Origin: an uncultured Clostridia bacterium
GTDB taxonomy: Bacteria; Bacillota; Clostridia; TANB77; CAG-508
Length of the DNA stretch: 64,000 nt
Reading direction: 5' to 3'
Assembly: GCA_948485625.1 (NCBI GenBank)
Contig: CAOMRW010000001.1
Span: forward strand, 70,449 to 134,448
The notes under the pieces were generated by a model that saw only the letters and a list, made by a program, of their open reading frames with translations, made no database searches and was not told the DNA's origin. Made by a program: the position numbers and the translations under genes. Positions 49,598 to 61,397 of the stretch are shown piece after piece. The first letter of the stretch is position 1, and every line of letters begins with the position of its first letter.

Positions 49598-49628
49598 TAA
49601 AAAAAATAAATCAAGTTAACCTTGATTT
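49598..49628 (-). terminator. rho-independent terminator
   Basis: An 8-bp stem (aaatcaag / cttgattt), a 5-nt loop and a T8 tract on the minus strand. Confidence 0.6.
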
Positions 49629-49790
49629 ATGGTGCCCTAGCGAAGGACGTATGCGAAAAATACCTTGCACAAAACCACCTTATTATCCGTTTCAAAATCA
49701 GTTATAGCAATAGTTTCAAAAATATGTATACCCACCATCGGTGTTTTTTGTCTATTACTATGTTTTTAATTTAACATAACTTTTTATATT
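49629..49790 (-). ncRNA. candidate structured RNA or long 3' UTR downstream of the 376 aa gene
   Basis: A locally GC-enriched stretch (ggtg...gcaagg...ccttcgc...cacc pairings) between a weak TTGTCA-17-TAAATT box and the terminator. I do not recognise a family. Confidence 0.25.
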
Positions 49791-49844
49791 TGACAAGTGG
49801 CTTTTATAAATTTTATATGTTTTAATTAATATTTTTGCTATATG

Positions 49845-50966
49845 CTATGATATTTCCGAAAATTTAAAATATAATTTTCTATTTTTATTTATTCTATAAA
49901 CTCCATTTCCATTCTTTAAACTTAAATGAATATATGCCTGCATTGGCGTTTGTCTTTTTAACTTTACAATTTCATCTATACCTTTAATAATTAATTCCTC
50001 TTTTATAATTGTACTGAAATACATTAAAAATTCTTCTGCTGTTATATTAGGATTAAGTGCAATCATATTTTGAGTTGTTTCAAAAAAGAAATTTTTCTTA
50101 TTATCACTATATACATTTGGTTCAGAAGATTTGTATAATTCTATTCCATCTATATCTATCTTTTCATATTTACTTTCTAAATTTTTATTTGATTTATATT
50201 GTATATTGGTATTTTCTATCTGTCTCATACTTACTATTATTGGAGATCCTTGGCATATTTGAAATATTTTATTTGGATATACTATCATTTCACTTTTTAT
50301 TATATTGTTTCTTAAATCTATACAATTTATTATATTTCCAAAACTAATATTTTCTTTAAATATTAATATATCAACTTTTTTATCACAAATTTTTTGTATC
50401 TTTTTTACTAAATTATAGTCTCTATAAATCTCGTATTTTTCTAATTTTAAACCTTTTGTATCCACTATTTTTGAAAAGTGTTCTCCTTTATCGTTGGTAT
50501 ATATCTGGCAGAAATCTTCAACTTCTACTATTAATCCAAAAATTTTTCCTATTGAATAATTTGTCTTATAAGTATCTAGCCTTAATAACTTTTGCTCTAT
50601 CATATCAATTAGGTTTTTTCTCATATATCTTATATTACTTCTAATATCTTCATCCGAAAAGGTTAAAGTACCAAATATATCACTTTTATATCTTGATTTT
50701 CTATCTACTTTGTTTTTAATTACTTTTCCCATAGAAAAACACTTTTGGTTTTTATTATACTTTCTTTCATAACTGTCAATAGAAAATTTTTCAAAATAAT
50801 ACTGCTTATATGCATAGTCTGGACCACCCTTTTTATCTAACTCTTCTAAATAGATTAAGTTTCTTAGTACTTCTAATATATTATCATCACATTTATTTAC
50901 TTTATTAACTGTTCTAGTGTTTCTTATTTCTTCTAAAAATTTACTTTCATTTATACCATTATCCAT
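49845..50966 (-). CDS. hypothetical protein, no recognisable motif
   Basis: The ORF track gives 49845-50975 with a GTG start. An ATG at 50964-50966 (MDNGINESKF) is more likely. It starts 20 nt after the reconstructed dinD-2 stop. Confidence 0.55.
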   Translation of the reverse strand: MDNGINESKFLEEIRNTRTVNKVNKCDDNILEVLRNLIYLEELDKKGGPDYAYKQYYFEKFSIDSYERKYNKNQKCFSMGKVIKNKVDRKSRYKSDIFGTLTFSDEDIRSNIRYMRKNLIDMIEQKLLRLDTYKTNYSIGKIFGLIVEVEDFCQIYTNDKGEHFSKIVDTKGLKLEKYEIYRDYNLVKKIQKICDKKVDILIFKENISFGNIINCIDLRNNIIKSEMIVYPNKIFQICQGSPIIVSMRQIENTNIQYKSNKNLESKYEKIDIDGIELYKSSEPNVYSDNKKNFFFETTQNMIALNPNITAEEFLMYFSTIIKEELIIKGIDEIVKLKRQTPMQAYIHLSLKNGNGVYRINKNRKLYFKFSEIS

Positions 50967-50985
50967 TTTTATCACAACTCTTTGT

Positions 50986-51820
50986 TTATTTTTTCAAACT
51001 TTTTTTATTTTCTTTTTCTAATTGCTTTAGGCTCTTTTTAGGTGTAGGCAATTCTTCTGGCATAGTTCCGTCCTGCCTGTTTAATGGCTTTTCTAACTAT
51101 TTTTCCAATTTTATTATGAGTATCGCAAGCTTTCTTTTCAGTATCAACTTTATCTCTTTTTAATCTTGATTCTGTTTGTGTTATACGAAATAGATTAGCT
51201 GCAAGTTCTTCACTTCCCATATTATCTAAAATATCTTCTCTATATCTTAATCCTTTTCTTTTGGCAATATCATCAGCCGTTTCTCCATTGTATAAACCTT
51301 TATATCCAGCATTATGAAATTTATCAAAATTCTTAACTCCTGCATTTTTAGCTGTTTGGTTAAGTGAATAATTTCCTTTTTTTGTTAAGTTTCTTTGATA
51401 AAATCTCTTTTCATCTTCTGTTAATGAACTATATTCTTTTTCACTAATTTCTTGTTTTCTAGTTTGAATCGCAAAATATGTTTGTGCAAGAGCAACAATT
51501 TTTAATCTTGGATTTGCATTTTGAGCTATAAGATAGCAGGCATATCGTGTTAATTTATAATCTTTTTGTTCTCTTTTCGCACCAGAACCTATTTCAACCA
51601 TTTTGTTGTCAACAACGAAATGGTCAATGTCAGTTATTTCAGAGTTTTGACAAGCTATCTTCGCTTTTTCAATTACTGCATCAAAATATCTCCAATCCTT
51701 ATAACTTAAAACTTTCATCAATTCTCTTGCATACCAAAATTCAATTCCATTTTCGTCAATATGTTTTATATCTTCAAAAGTTTTATTATTATAATTTTCT
51801 TTGTTATCTAATTCTTTCAT
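50986..51820 (-). pseudogene. dinD: DNA damage-inducible protein D, second copy; frame broken by one extra base at 51070
   Basis: ORF 51038-51820 ends ...KQAGRNYARRIAYT. Skipping the C complementary to G51070 gives ...KQAGGTMPEELPTPKKSLKQLEKENKKSLKK with a stop at 50986-50988, collinear with copy 1. Confidence 0.8.
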
Positions 51821-51862
51821 TTATCAACATCTCCTTTCTTTGCTATAATTATTTTCTTGTTT

Positions 51863-52414
51863 TTAGTTTATAACACTATAATGAGCTTGTACTATATCTT
51901 CCTGTTCTCTTATAATTTTTTCAAGTTTTAGTTTGTTTTCAAAATAGTTACCTTTAAATAGTGGTATTCCTTTATTTAATACAAACGGATTATAATTTAA
52001 AATAATATTATCTACTATTCCTTTTTCCATAAAAGCATTATTTATAGTTGCACCACCAGAAATGAATAATTTTTCGTATTTCATTTTTTCACATACTTTT
52101 AAACAATCTTCTATCGAATTGCAATATGTAATATTTGAACATTGATTTTTCTTATTACTTGTTTCACTTAGAATAATTATATTTATGTCTTTTAAATCAT
52201 TTAAATAGTCTTCTCCCCTAGACACTATATTGTACCAAGTTTTTCTGCCCCATATTAATACATCATATTCCTTTAAAAATTCTAACATTATCTCCCAGCC
52301 TCTGTAAGATAGAAAATCCTCATTTCCATCTTCTGTTGCAATTAGTCCATTAATAGAACATGCCATTTCAACTGTTATCTTTCTCATAATCTTCTCCTTT
52401 ATATTGATTTTCAT
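51863..52414 (-). CDS. dihydrofolate reductase family protein (RibD C-terminal domain type)
   Basis: A 183 aa ORF with SINGLIA...WGRKTW...LFISGGATINNAF. Its start overlaps the upstream stop (ATGA). Confidence 0.7.
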   Translation of the reverse strand: MKINIKEKIMRKITVEMACSINGLIATEDGNEDFLSYRGWEIMLEFLKEYDVLIWGRKTWYNIVSRGEDYLNDLKDINIIILSETSNKKNQCSNITYCNSIEDCLKVCEKMKYEKLFISGGATINNAFMEKGIVDNIILNYNPFVLNKGIPLFKGNYFENKLKLEKIIREQEDIVQAHYSVIN

Positions 52415-52749
52415 AAATCATCTTCTTCTATTAGAGGAATTATATCTATTGCTGGTTCTTCATAAGGATGGACTTCTTTTAATCTTTTTAGTACTCTTTT
52501 AACTATACTAACATCACATCTTACTTCTAATTTTTCTTCTTCTACAAATTCTAATTTATTTTTTTCTCCAATATATGGATTAGCATCATCTAAAGGTTTA
52601 AAAGTTCCTACACACTTTGTAGATATAGTACAATCTGTATAATTTCCTATAATTCCTGCTCCTTCATCACAAACAGCACTTCTAACTTCTTTGCTATTTT
52701 CAACTGGTACAGTTACAATAATTTTTACTTTTTTAACATCAAATTTCAT
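52411..52749 (-). CDS. small conserved-looking protein, possibly the stand-alone NIF3-insert/PII-like (COG3323) type
   Basis: A 112 aa ORF. The family call is from recollection only. Confidence 0.35.
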   Translation of the reverse strand: MKFDVKKVKIIVTVPVENSKEVRSAVCDEGAGIIGNYTDCTISTKCVGTFKPLDDANPYIGEKNKLEFVEEEKLEVRCDVSIVKRVLKRLKEVHPYEEPAIDIIPLIEEDDL

Positions 52750-52758
52750 CTTTCTCTC

Positions 52759-53388
52759 CTATATTTCATATTTTTTTAATCGTTCTATATATGTTTTTAT
52801 ACTATCATCATTTATATCTTCTGGTTTTATGTTGCAATGTTCCATAATCTGCTTTTCTATACCTAGAGAACATTCTATTAAATGATTTGCTTTTTCTTCA
52901 TTAGACCATACAGATAATGGTTTATCTTTATATCTAACTTTTGCATCTTCTAATCTTTCTTTTATTCCTACTACTCCATCTGGTGCTACTCTTTGGTCAC
53001 AATAAGCACAAATCTTCCTTTCATAAGAATCTGATTTTAATGTTTCTTCATTTTTTCTCGACCTTTTTCCATCTAATATAACAATTTCTTTTTCAGTTAA
53101 CCCCTCTTGTTTTCCAATTTCTAAATTGATTTCATGGTCATTAGTTCCATATTTGTCAAAATACTTTTTTCTTATTTTTATAAATTCTTCATCTTTTGAA
53201 AAGTCTTCTGGTATTTTTACCATATTTCCCATGTCATGCAATAGACTTACTCTAATAATTGATTCTTTATCTATTTCTTGTCCATTCCAGTTATCTATTA
53301 TTAAATTACTACATGCAGCAACTCTTAACATATGCATTTGTAGATTTTCTGGTAAATGATATTTATTATATATTTTTATAATATTCAT
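52759..53388 (-). CDS. HD domain phosphohydrolase
   Basis: A 209 aa ORF with H...LLHDMGN. Confidence 0.7.
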   Translation of the reverse strand: MNIIKIYNKYHLPENLQMHMLRVAACSNLIIDNWNGQEIDKESIIRVSLLHDMGNMVKIPEDFSKDEEFIKIRKKYFDKYGTNDHEINLEIGKQEGLTEKEIVILDGKRSRKNEETLKSDSYERKICAYCDQRVAPDGVVGIKERLEDAKVRYKDKPLSVWSNEEKANHLIECSLGIEKQIMEHCNIKPEDINDDSIKTYIERLKKYEI

Positions 53389-53478
53389 ATTATTTAATCA
53401 CTCTTTTCAAACAAATATTTTAAAATTTTACCTATGCGATTAGCAAAATTTGATATTTCATTAAAAAATTCTCGAAGT

Positions 53479-54255
53479 TTAATTATGTTTATTTTTTATA
53501 TATTCTTTTGCACATTTTCTTATATCTTCCATCTTTTGTTTTGTATCATCATTTTTATATTCAATTCTATCTACAAGAATATCTATGTAATTACTTTCTT
53601 GCACATATTTTAAAGATATATCAAAATTCACATCAAATATAAAACCTATTACACAAATCCAATAGTCAATTATTGTTTTTCTATCTCCCAATTTTATACA
53701 TTTGTGTTTCATAAAATCTTCATATACTTTTGGACTTACCACCTCATCATTTATAGTTTCCTTATTATATATTTTGGGAAACATATCTTCAAATTTATCA
53801 TCTTGTTTAACTCTGAAATTATCAATCTTATCTGCATCTCTTATTATTTTACAATGAAGTAATTCAATATCATTTAAGTTGTCTTCTATTTTAAATTTAT
53901 TATGATTATATATTGCTTTATTAATTATATTATCATATTTCCTATCTTCTATAAATTTTGTTATTAAGTTCTCCTCAAACAATACTTTTACGCCAAATTC
54001 CGCATGTTCTATTTTTTTATCATCGAACTCATTAAATTCTTTTATTTGCTCAAATCTTCCTATATCGTGTAGCAATGCTATTATTTTTGCAAGTTCGATA
54101 TTTTCTTTATCTAATTCTAGTCCTGTTGCTATATATTCACTTTTTTTAACTACTTCGTATGTATGTCTTATCTTTAATTTAATACTGCCATTTTCTAAAT
54201 CATAGTCCTTTAAGTATTCTTTGAAACTTTCTTGTGATTTTTCAAAATCAATCAT
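53479..54255 (-). CDS. HD domain phosphohydrolase
   Basis: A 258 aa ORF with RHTYEV...ALLHDIGRFEQ...RDADKIDN. Confidence 0.75.
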   Translation of the reverse strand: MIDFEKSQESFKEYLKDYDLENGSIKLKIRHTYEVVKKSEYIATGLELDKENIELAKIIALLHDIGRFEQIKEFNEFDDKKIEHAEFGVKVLFEENLITKFIEDRKYDNIINKAIYNHNKFKIEDNLNDIELLHCKIIRDADKIDNFRVKQDDKFEDMFPKIYNKETINDEVVSPKVYEDFMKHKCIKLGDRKTIIDYWICVIGFIFDVNFDISLKYVQESNYIDILVDRIEYKNDDTKQKMEDIRKCAKEYIKNKHN

Positions 54256-54282
54256 TTTAAAACCTTTCTATACTTTATATTA

Positions 54283-54713
54283 TTATAATACCTCTATTGT
54301 ATCCAATGGATATATTTTATTTTCCCTAAGCATCTCTAATGTTCTCTTTATTAACTTTTCATCTCTTAAATCTTTGCAATCCATATTTTCTAATTCTTCT
54401 TTTGAAATCCATTTTACATCTAAAATTTCTTCTTTATTAAAACATATTTTTTCTTCTAATAACTCTGTTGTAAAGGTTATTATCATAAATGTAGTGTTTT
54501 CTAATTCTCCGTTCATTATTGGAAGCATATTTTTTAATCTAACCTTACATCCAGTTTCTTCAAATATTTCTCTAATAGCACCTTCAAATATTGTTTCTCC
54601 ATCTTCTAAATGTCCTGCAGGAACATTCCATTTCCATAACATTTCTTTTTTGCCTCTTTTACCATTAATATTTTGTTGTCCTTTTCAATAATTCCTCCTA
54701 CAATAATTTTCAT
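54283..54713 (-). pseudogene. NUDIX hydrolase; frame broken in an A6 run (T6 at 54646-54651)
   Basis: An ATG at 54711-54713 follows GGAGGA and opens MKIIVGGIIEKDNKILMVKEAKK. The -1 frame then continues into ORF 54283-54642 (WNVPAGHLEDGETIFEGAIREIFEETG, the Nudix box). Confidence 0.75.
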
Positions 54714-54865
54714 TGTAATTTTCCTCCATCTTAAAATTTGCTATAAAAATGTTGCAAATTTCGAGTTTTCCTTATTTATATCACAAAATCAGTATAAAAA
54801 CAATTATTTCCAGAAATTAATGTAAAAGAGATTGCTACTGTTTATATAACAATCTCTTCGCATTA

Positions 54866-56239
54866 TTATCTATTTAAAGTTCTATCTTTTTTCTTTGCTT
54901 TTGTAATATCTTCTTGTCCATTTTTCATTTGCATTTCAAATTTTATTACTTCTTTAACCTTTTGGGTATCTTCTAAAATATAATTTGCTGTTTTTAGATT
55001 TTTTCTATACTTATTTAAAGTTGTAGTGCATTCGTTTCGTTTTTCTTTGTATTCTTCTATTAAGTTATCATCTTTGCAATTTCTTAGCTTATTTCTGTAT
55101 TTTTGCCTTAAATTAGCCACATCTTCAATATCTTTTTCAGTTTGTGAAATATAGCTTTTTACATCTTCTGTTGTTTTTAGCTTTTCGGTTACAATAAGTT
55201 TGATCTCATTAGAATATCGTTCCATTTTTCTTACTTCTTGTTTCATTTCTGGAGATAATGGCTGATATTTTTCTCGTTTTGGTAGTAATCCTAATAAATG
55301 AAATAACAGTAAAAATAGCACATCAATTCCGTTCATTTTACTAATATCTCTAAACTTTCCTTTATACTTGTAAACTTTGTATTTTTGCTTTTTCTTTTTT
55401 GGGTGTATAAATTCCATATATCTATTTTGATAATAATACGGATTGTGTTCAACCTTATTTGCAATGTTCTTTGGCAAGTATTGTTCTCCTAAATGATACA
55501 TTCTTATTGCTTTTTTATCATTTATTGAACGAATTGTTGGATACTTTTTATTGTAATCATCATTGATTATATAACCTTTTTTGAGCATTATCTTTTTAAA
55601 TTGTCCGTAATTTATGCACATTTCCATTGTTTCATCAATAGCTTGTCTTATTACATTATACTTTGTTAGCTCTCCTCGTTTTTCTGCAAAATATATACTT
55701 CTTGGTGTTTTTCCTATTGGCTTTTCAATAACTGTTAGTCCATATTCTTTGCATAGGTCATCTGATAACTCTCTGAAATGATAATATGCTCCTTTATTAC
55801 AATTAAACTTCTTTCCTGTAAACATATTAACTGAATTTACTACAAAATGATTATGATATGTGCCAGTATTAAAATGGGTAGCAACTACAACTTGATATTC
55901 ACTCCACATCTTTTCTGCAAGTTTTACTCCAATTTTGTGTGCCAATTCTGGTGAAACTTCTCCTGTTTTAAAACTTTGGTATGCGTGATATGCAACATTT
56001 CCTGTACATTTATCAAACCTATTTTGTACTGTTGTCATTTCTTCATAAGCTGTTTCTGCTTTACAATTTACACCAGTTACATACATAGTTTTTTCATTTT
56101 TATCTATGGTTTTCTCGTCATTTTCTGCATATTTTAATACTTGTTTTAAATCTAAAAATGTTGTCTTTTCTGGATTTTTTGCATAGCTTATTACACGAGA
56201 TATACTATCTTTAATTGCCCATATTTTCGTTGTTGCCAC
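54866..56239 (-). CDS. relaxase/mobilisation nuclease (MobA/VirD2 superfamily, TnpZ-like)
   Basis: A 457 aa ORF. HAYQSF and ATHFNTGTYHNHFVVNSV form a His-rich metal motif. Confidence 0.8.
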   Translation of the reverse strand: MATTKIWAIKDSISRVISYAKNPEKTTFLDLKQVLKYAENDEKTIDKNEKTMYVTGVNCKAETAYEEMTTVQNRFDKCTGNVAYHAYQSFKTGEVSPELAHKIGVKLAEKMWSEYQVVVATHFNTGTYHNHFVVNSVNMFTGKKFNCNKGAYYHFRELSDDLCKEYGLTVIEKPIGKTPRSIYFAEKRGELTKYNVIRQAIDETMEMCINYGQFKKIMLKKGYIINDDYNKKYPTIRSINDKKAIRMYHLGEQYLPKNIANKVEHNPYYYQNRYMEFIHPKKKKQKYKVYKYKGKFRDISKMNGIDVLFLLLFHLLGLLPKREKYQPLSPEMKQEVRKMERYSNEIKLIVTEKLKTTEDVKSYISQTEKDIEDVANLRQKYRNKLRNCKDDNLIEEYKEKRNECTTTLNKYRKNLKTANYILEDTQKVKEVIKFEMQMKNGQEDITKAKKKDRTLNR

Positions 56240-56534
56240 TCACATCATCTCCATCATTTTTGTAATTGTAAATGTCTAAAAAGTCACTTTGCATTTTTGT
56301 TATTTTCTCTTTTATTTCTTCATCACTCATATAAGGAAATTCATTCTTTAATTCAACAATTCCATTGTAAATTTTGCGAAGTTCTTCATCTGGTATTGAA
56401 TAAATTTCTTTTTGTAATCCTGACTTTCTTAAATAAGATGATAAGTTTAAGTTGCTCTTTTTAGCATTTCTTTGTAATTTTTTCTTTTCATTTTCACTCA
56501 CTCTAACATTAATTCCTATTGTTCTATTTCTCAT
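56211..56534 (-). CDS. MobC-like relaxosome accessory protein
   Basis: A 107 aa ORF. Its N-terminus RTIGINVRVSENEKKKLQRNAKKSNLNLSSYLRKSGL is of the ribbon-helix-helix type. Confidence 0.7.
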   Translation of the reverse strand: MRNRTIGINVRVSENEKKKLQRNAKKSNLNLSSYLRKSGLQKEIYSIPDEELRKIYNGIVELKNEFPYMSDEEIKEKITKMQSDFLDIYNYKNDGDDVSGNNENMGN

Positions 56535-56661
56535 AATTTTTCACTTCCTTTTTGATAAATCTTCGTTCTACTTTTTACAAAATTTTTCTTAAAATCTTTT
56601 AATTCCTTATACAATTTTCAATCTATTTTTTTAACTTTTTATTTTATAAGGTAGGGGTTAT

Positions 56662-56718
56662 AGGGGAAGATTTTTCCCCTTTCAGCGTAAGCTGTCGGTT
56701 TTGTGGCAATACAAAACC
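56662..56718. other. candidate oriT (two inverted repeats upstream of mobC)
   Basis: aggggaagatttttcccct and ggttttgtggcaatacaaaacc. I could not identify the nick site. Confidence 0.3.
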
Positions 56719-56787
56719 TATGCTCGCTACACTTATAGACATTAAATATGGCAATACATTTGTCTGTTTGCTCCTACCAGTATTTTC

Positions 56788-57192
56788 TTATACATATATT
56801 AGTTCATTTAATATAATTTCTTCTGCTGTACTTTTAAAATTATTCATCATACTAACCCAATATAATTGGTCTGTATTTTTCATTTCTTCTGTTATATTAT
56901 TTTGCTTTTTTAATTGTTCAATTATAAGATTAATTCTATTGTCTGCTGTTTCTTGAATCTTTTTTAGATATTTATTCAAAGTTCCTTTTGTAAACATTAT
57001 CATATATTCTGCTTTCTTATTTTCTTTTAAAAATTTTAGTCTCATTCTTCCATATTTGTTTAACATAATTTTTTCTTTTTCTAATACTAAATTTGGCATA
57101 TAATAATCTCCAACTTTTGTGTATTCAATTCCATATTTATTTTCAATTTTGTTTTCTTTTAATTCTTTATTTTTCATTTTCAATTCCTCCAT
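56788..57192 (-). CDS. tnpV: TnpV-like transposon protein
   Basis: A 134 aa ORF. VGDYYMPNL...KYGRMRLKFLKENK...WVSMMNNFKSTAEEIILNELIY matches my recollection of the TnpV family. Confidence 0.75.
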   Translation of the reverse strand: MEELKMKNKELKENKIENKYGIEYTKVGDYYMPNLVLEKEKIMLNKYGRMRLKFLKENKKAEYMIMFTKGTLNKYLKKIQETADNRINLIIEQLKKQNNITEEMKNTDQLYWVSMMNNFKSTAEEIILNELIYV

Positions 57193-57202
57193 TTATAATT
57201 TT

Positions 57203-59046
<1,844 letters not shown>

Positions 59047-59287
59047 TTATGAATAGAAAGGCAACTAAAAAAGTGCCACATAGCATAGTTTTAGCTATTA
59101 GCACTTTTAGAGTTTTTACATTTATTATTACTATCTCTTTAATTTTCTTTTTAATAACACAAATAAGAACCTCACCCACTTACGCAATCAAAGATTGCTT
59201 GTGGGTACCCGAGAACCTTGTTACTCATGTAATAAACCAATATAGTATAATTTTTAAAAAAACTCTAAAATGCTTTGCCGTTCTATG

Positions 59288-59608
<321 letters not shown>

Positions 59609-59724
59609 TCAAAAAAAGACCGCTTCATTTTTGAAACGGTTTAAAGCTTTTGTGTTGTCAAATTCTTATAATCTTGGAATTAAGTTATATCAAGCATTAT
59701 AGAGAGTTCGACAAAAACTCGTCT

Positions 59725-59810
59725 TGGTGGGCAGGGAAGGATTCGAACCTTCGTACTCAAATGAGAACAGATTTACAGTCTGCCGCCTTTAGCCACTCGG
59801 CCACCTACCC
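59725..59810 (-). tRNA. tRNA-Tyr (anticodon GTA)
   Basis: Hand-folded. It reads GGGTAGGTGGCCGAGTGG..., has the anticodon loop CTGTAAA and a long variable arm, and encodes CCA. Confidence 0.9.
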
Positions 59811-59914
59811 ATATTTAATTTTTAGAAATGTAATAAAAGCTTATGTCACTTTTATTGACAATAGTTATTATAATATTTTTATAATTTTTTGTCAATACAT
59901 TTCTAAAAATTTTT

Positions 59915-61165
59915 TTATTTTTCTGTCTTTTGTATTTTTAGTAATTTTTCATCTTTATTAACTATTTTTACTATTTCATCAGCTTTTAATTTTCCTGCTC
60001 TTGTTATTGAATTTAGTCCATATTTTTCATTTAATGAGTCAATAACACTGTCAAGCTTTTTCTGTTTTTCATTATCTTGTAAATCTTCAAATAGTGATAT
60101 TTGCATTTCACTTTTTTCTAATAAATTGTCAACTCTTACTCCTATTAATCTAATGAATATTCCTGTTTTGAACATTTCATTTAATAATTGTTTTGCTTTT
60201 TTTAATATTGTTTTTGTATTACATGTAGGATTATCTAGTTTTGCCTGATGTGAAAAATCTTCAAAATCTTTTGTTCTTAATTGAACACTTACACTATTGG
60301 CTATCATATCTTGTTTTCTTAGTCTATAAGATACTTGTTCCGTTAGTGCAAGTAAAACTTCTTCTAATTGTTCTATATTATTAATATCAACTGGTAATGT
60401 TATTGAGTTTCCTATGCTTTTTGGTTTTTCTTGTACATATTGTACTTCTGAATTATCTATTCCATTTGCATATTCCCACATTATTTTTCCATGTTTTCCG
60501 AATTTTTTTATTATCATGTTTTTATCATAATTTGCTAAATCTCCTATTGTTCTAATTTTCATGTTATATAATTTAGGAACTGTTTTCTTTCCAATCATAA
60601 ATAATTCTGATATTGGTAAATTCCACATCTTTGTTTGAATCTCGTCTTCAAAAAGTGTGTGTACTTTATCAGGTTTAGTAAAATCTGATGCCATTTTAGC
60701 AAGTAATTTATTATGTGCAACTCCTATATTTACTGTAAATCCTAATTCTTCTTTTACTCTTTTATTAATTTCTTTTGCTTTATTTAATAATGTATCTTTC
60801 ATTAAGTAATTTGTCATATCTAAAAAGCATTCATCTATTGAAAATCTTTCTATTTTGTCTGTATATTCTGATAATAGACTATATAATTTATTAGAATATT
60901 CTCTATATATTTTAAAATTCCCTTGATAAACTTGTAAATTATTGCATTTCTGCCTTGCACTATATAATGACTCTCCTGTTATAATTCCAAACTGTTTTGC
61001 TTTTGGACTCTTTGCTAAAACTATCCCTGATCTTTTAGTTTCATCTCCTCCAATTACAGCAACTTCATCTCTTATGTCTATTTTTTCTCCATTTTTTAGT
61101 TTACTTACTGCAAGCCATGATAAAAATGCATTATTTACATCAACATGTAATATTTGCCTTTCCAT
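59915..61165 (-). CDS. dinB: Y-family DNA polymerase IV
   Basis: A 416 aa ORF with ILHVDVNNAFLSW, SIDECFLD and NKLLAKMASD. Confidence 0.88.
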   Translation of the reverse strand: MERQILHVDVNNAFLSWLAVSKLKNGEKIDIRDEVAVIGGDETKRSGIVLAKSPKAKQFGIITGESLYSARQKCNNLQVYQGNFKIYREYSNKLYSLLSEYTDKIERFSIDECFLDMTNYLMKDTLLNKAKEINKRVKEELGFTVNIGVAHNKLLAKMASDFTKPDKVHTLFEDEIQTKMWNLPISELFMIGKKTVPKLYNMKIRTIGDLANYDKNMIIKKFGKHGKIMWEYANGIDNSEVQYVQEKPKSIGNSITLPVDINNIEQLEEVLLALTEQVSYRLRKQDMIANSVSVQLRTKDFEDFSHQAKLDNPTCNTKTILKKAKQLLNEMFKTGIFIRLIGVRVDNLLEKSEMQISLFEDLQDNEKQKKLDSVIDSLNEKYGLNSITRAGKLKADEIVKIVNKDEKLLKIQKTEK

Positions 61166-61252
61166 ATTAATATCACCATCTTAATAATAAAACATTTGTT
61201 TTCGTTTGTCAATATTTTATATGCATAAAAATAAAATTTTGGTATTATGTAG

Positions 61253-61363
61253 GTGGGGATTGGGGGCCAGGTCTTTAATCCCCATTATATATCACTCTAT
61301 ATTATTTGTCTTAAAGCATATTTTTATATAATGGGGATTAAAGACCTGGCCCCCAATCCCCAC
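61253..61363. repeat. family-2 GC-rich hairpin units, an inverted pair (61253-61285 and 61331-61363)
   Basis: gtggggattgggggccaggtctttaatccccat and its reverse complement are separated by 45 nt of AT-rich sequence, downstream of the 61398 gene stop. Confidence 0.85.
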
Positions 61364-61397
61364 AAAAACCTAGGCTCTAATCATCAAAACTTCTACT

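Noticed and set aside
49598-50975. A retron or type III toxin-antitoxin (structured RNA next to an unknown protein).
   Set aside because: There are no reverse-transcriptase motifs in the 376 aa protein and no tandem RNA repeats.
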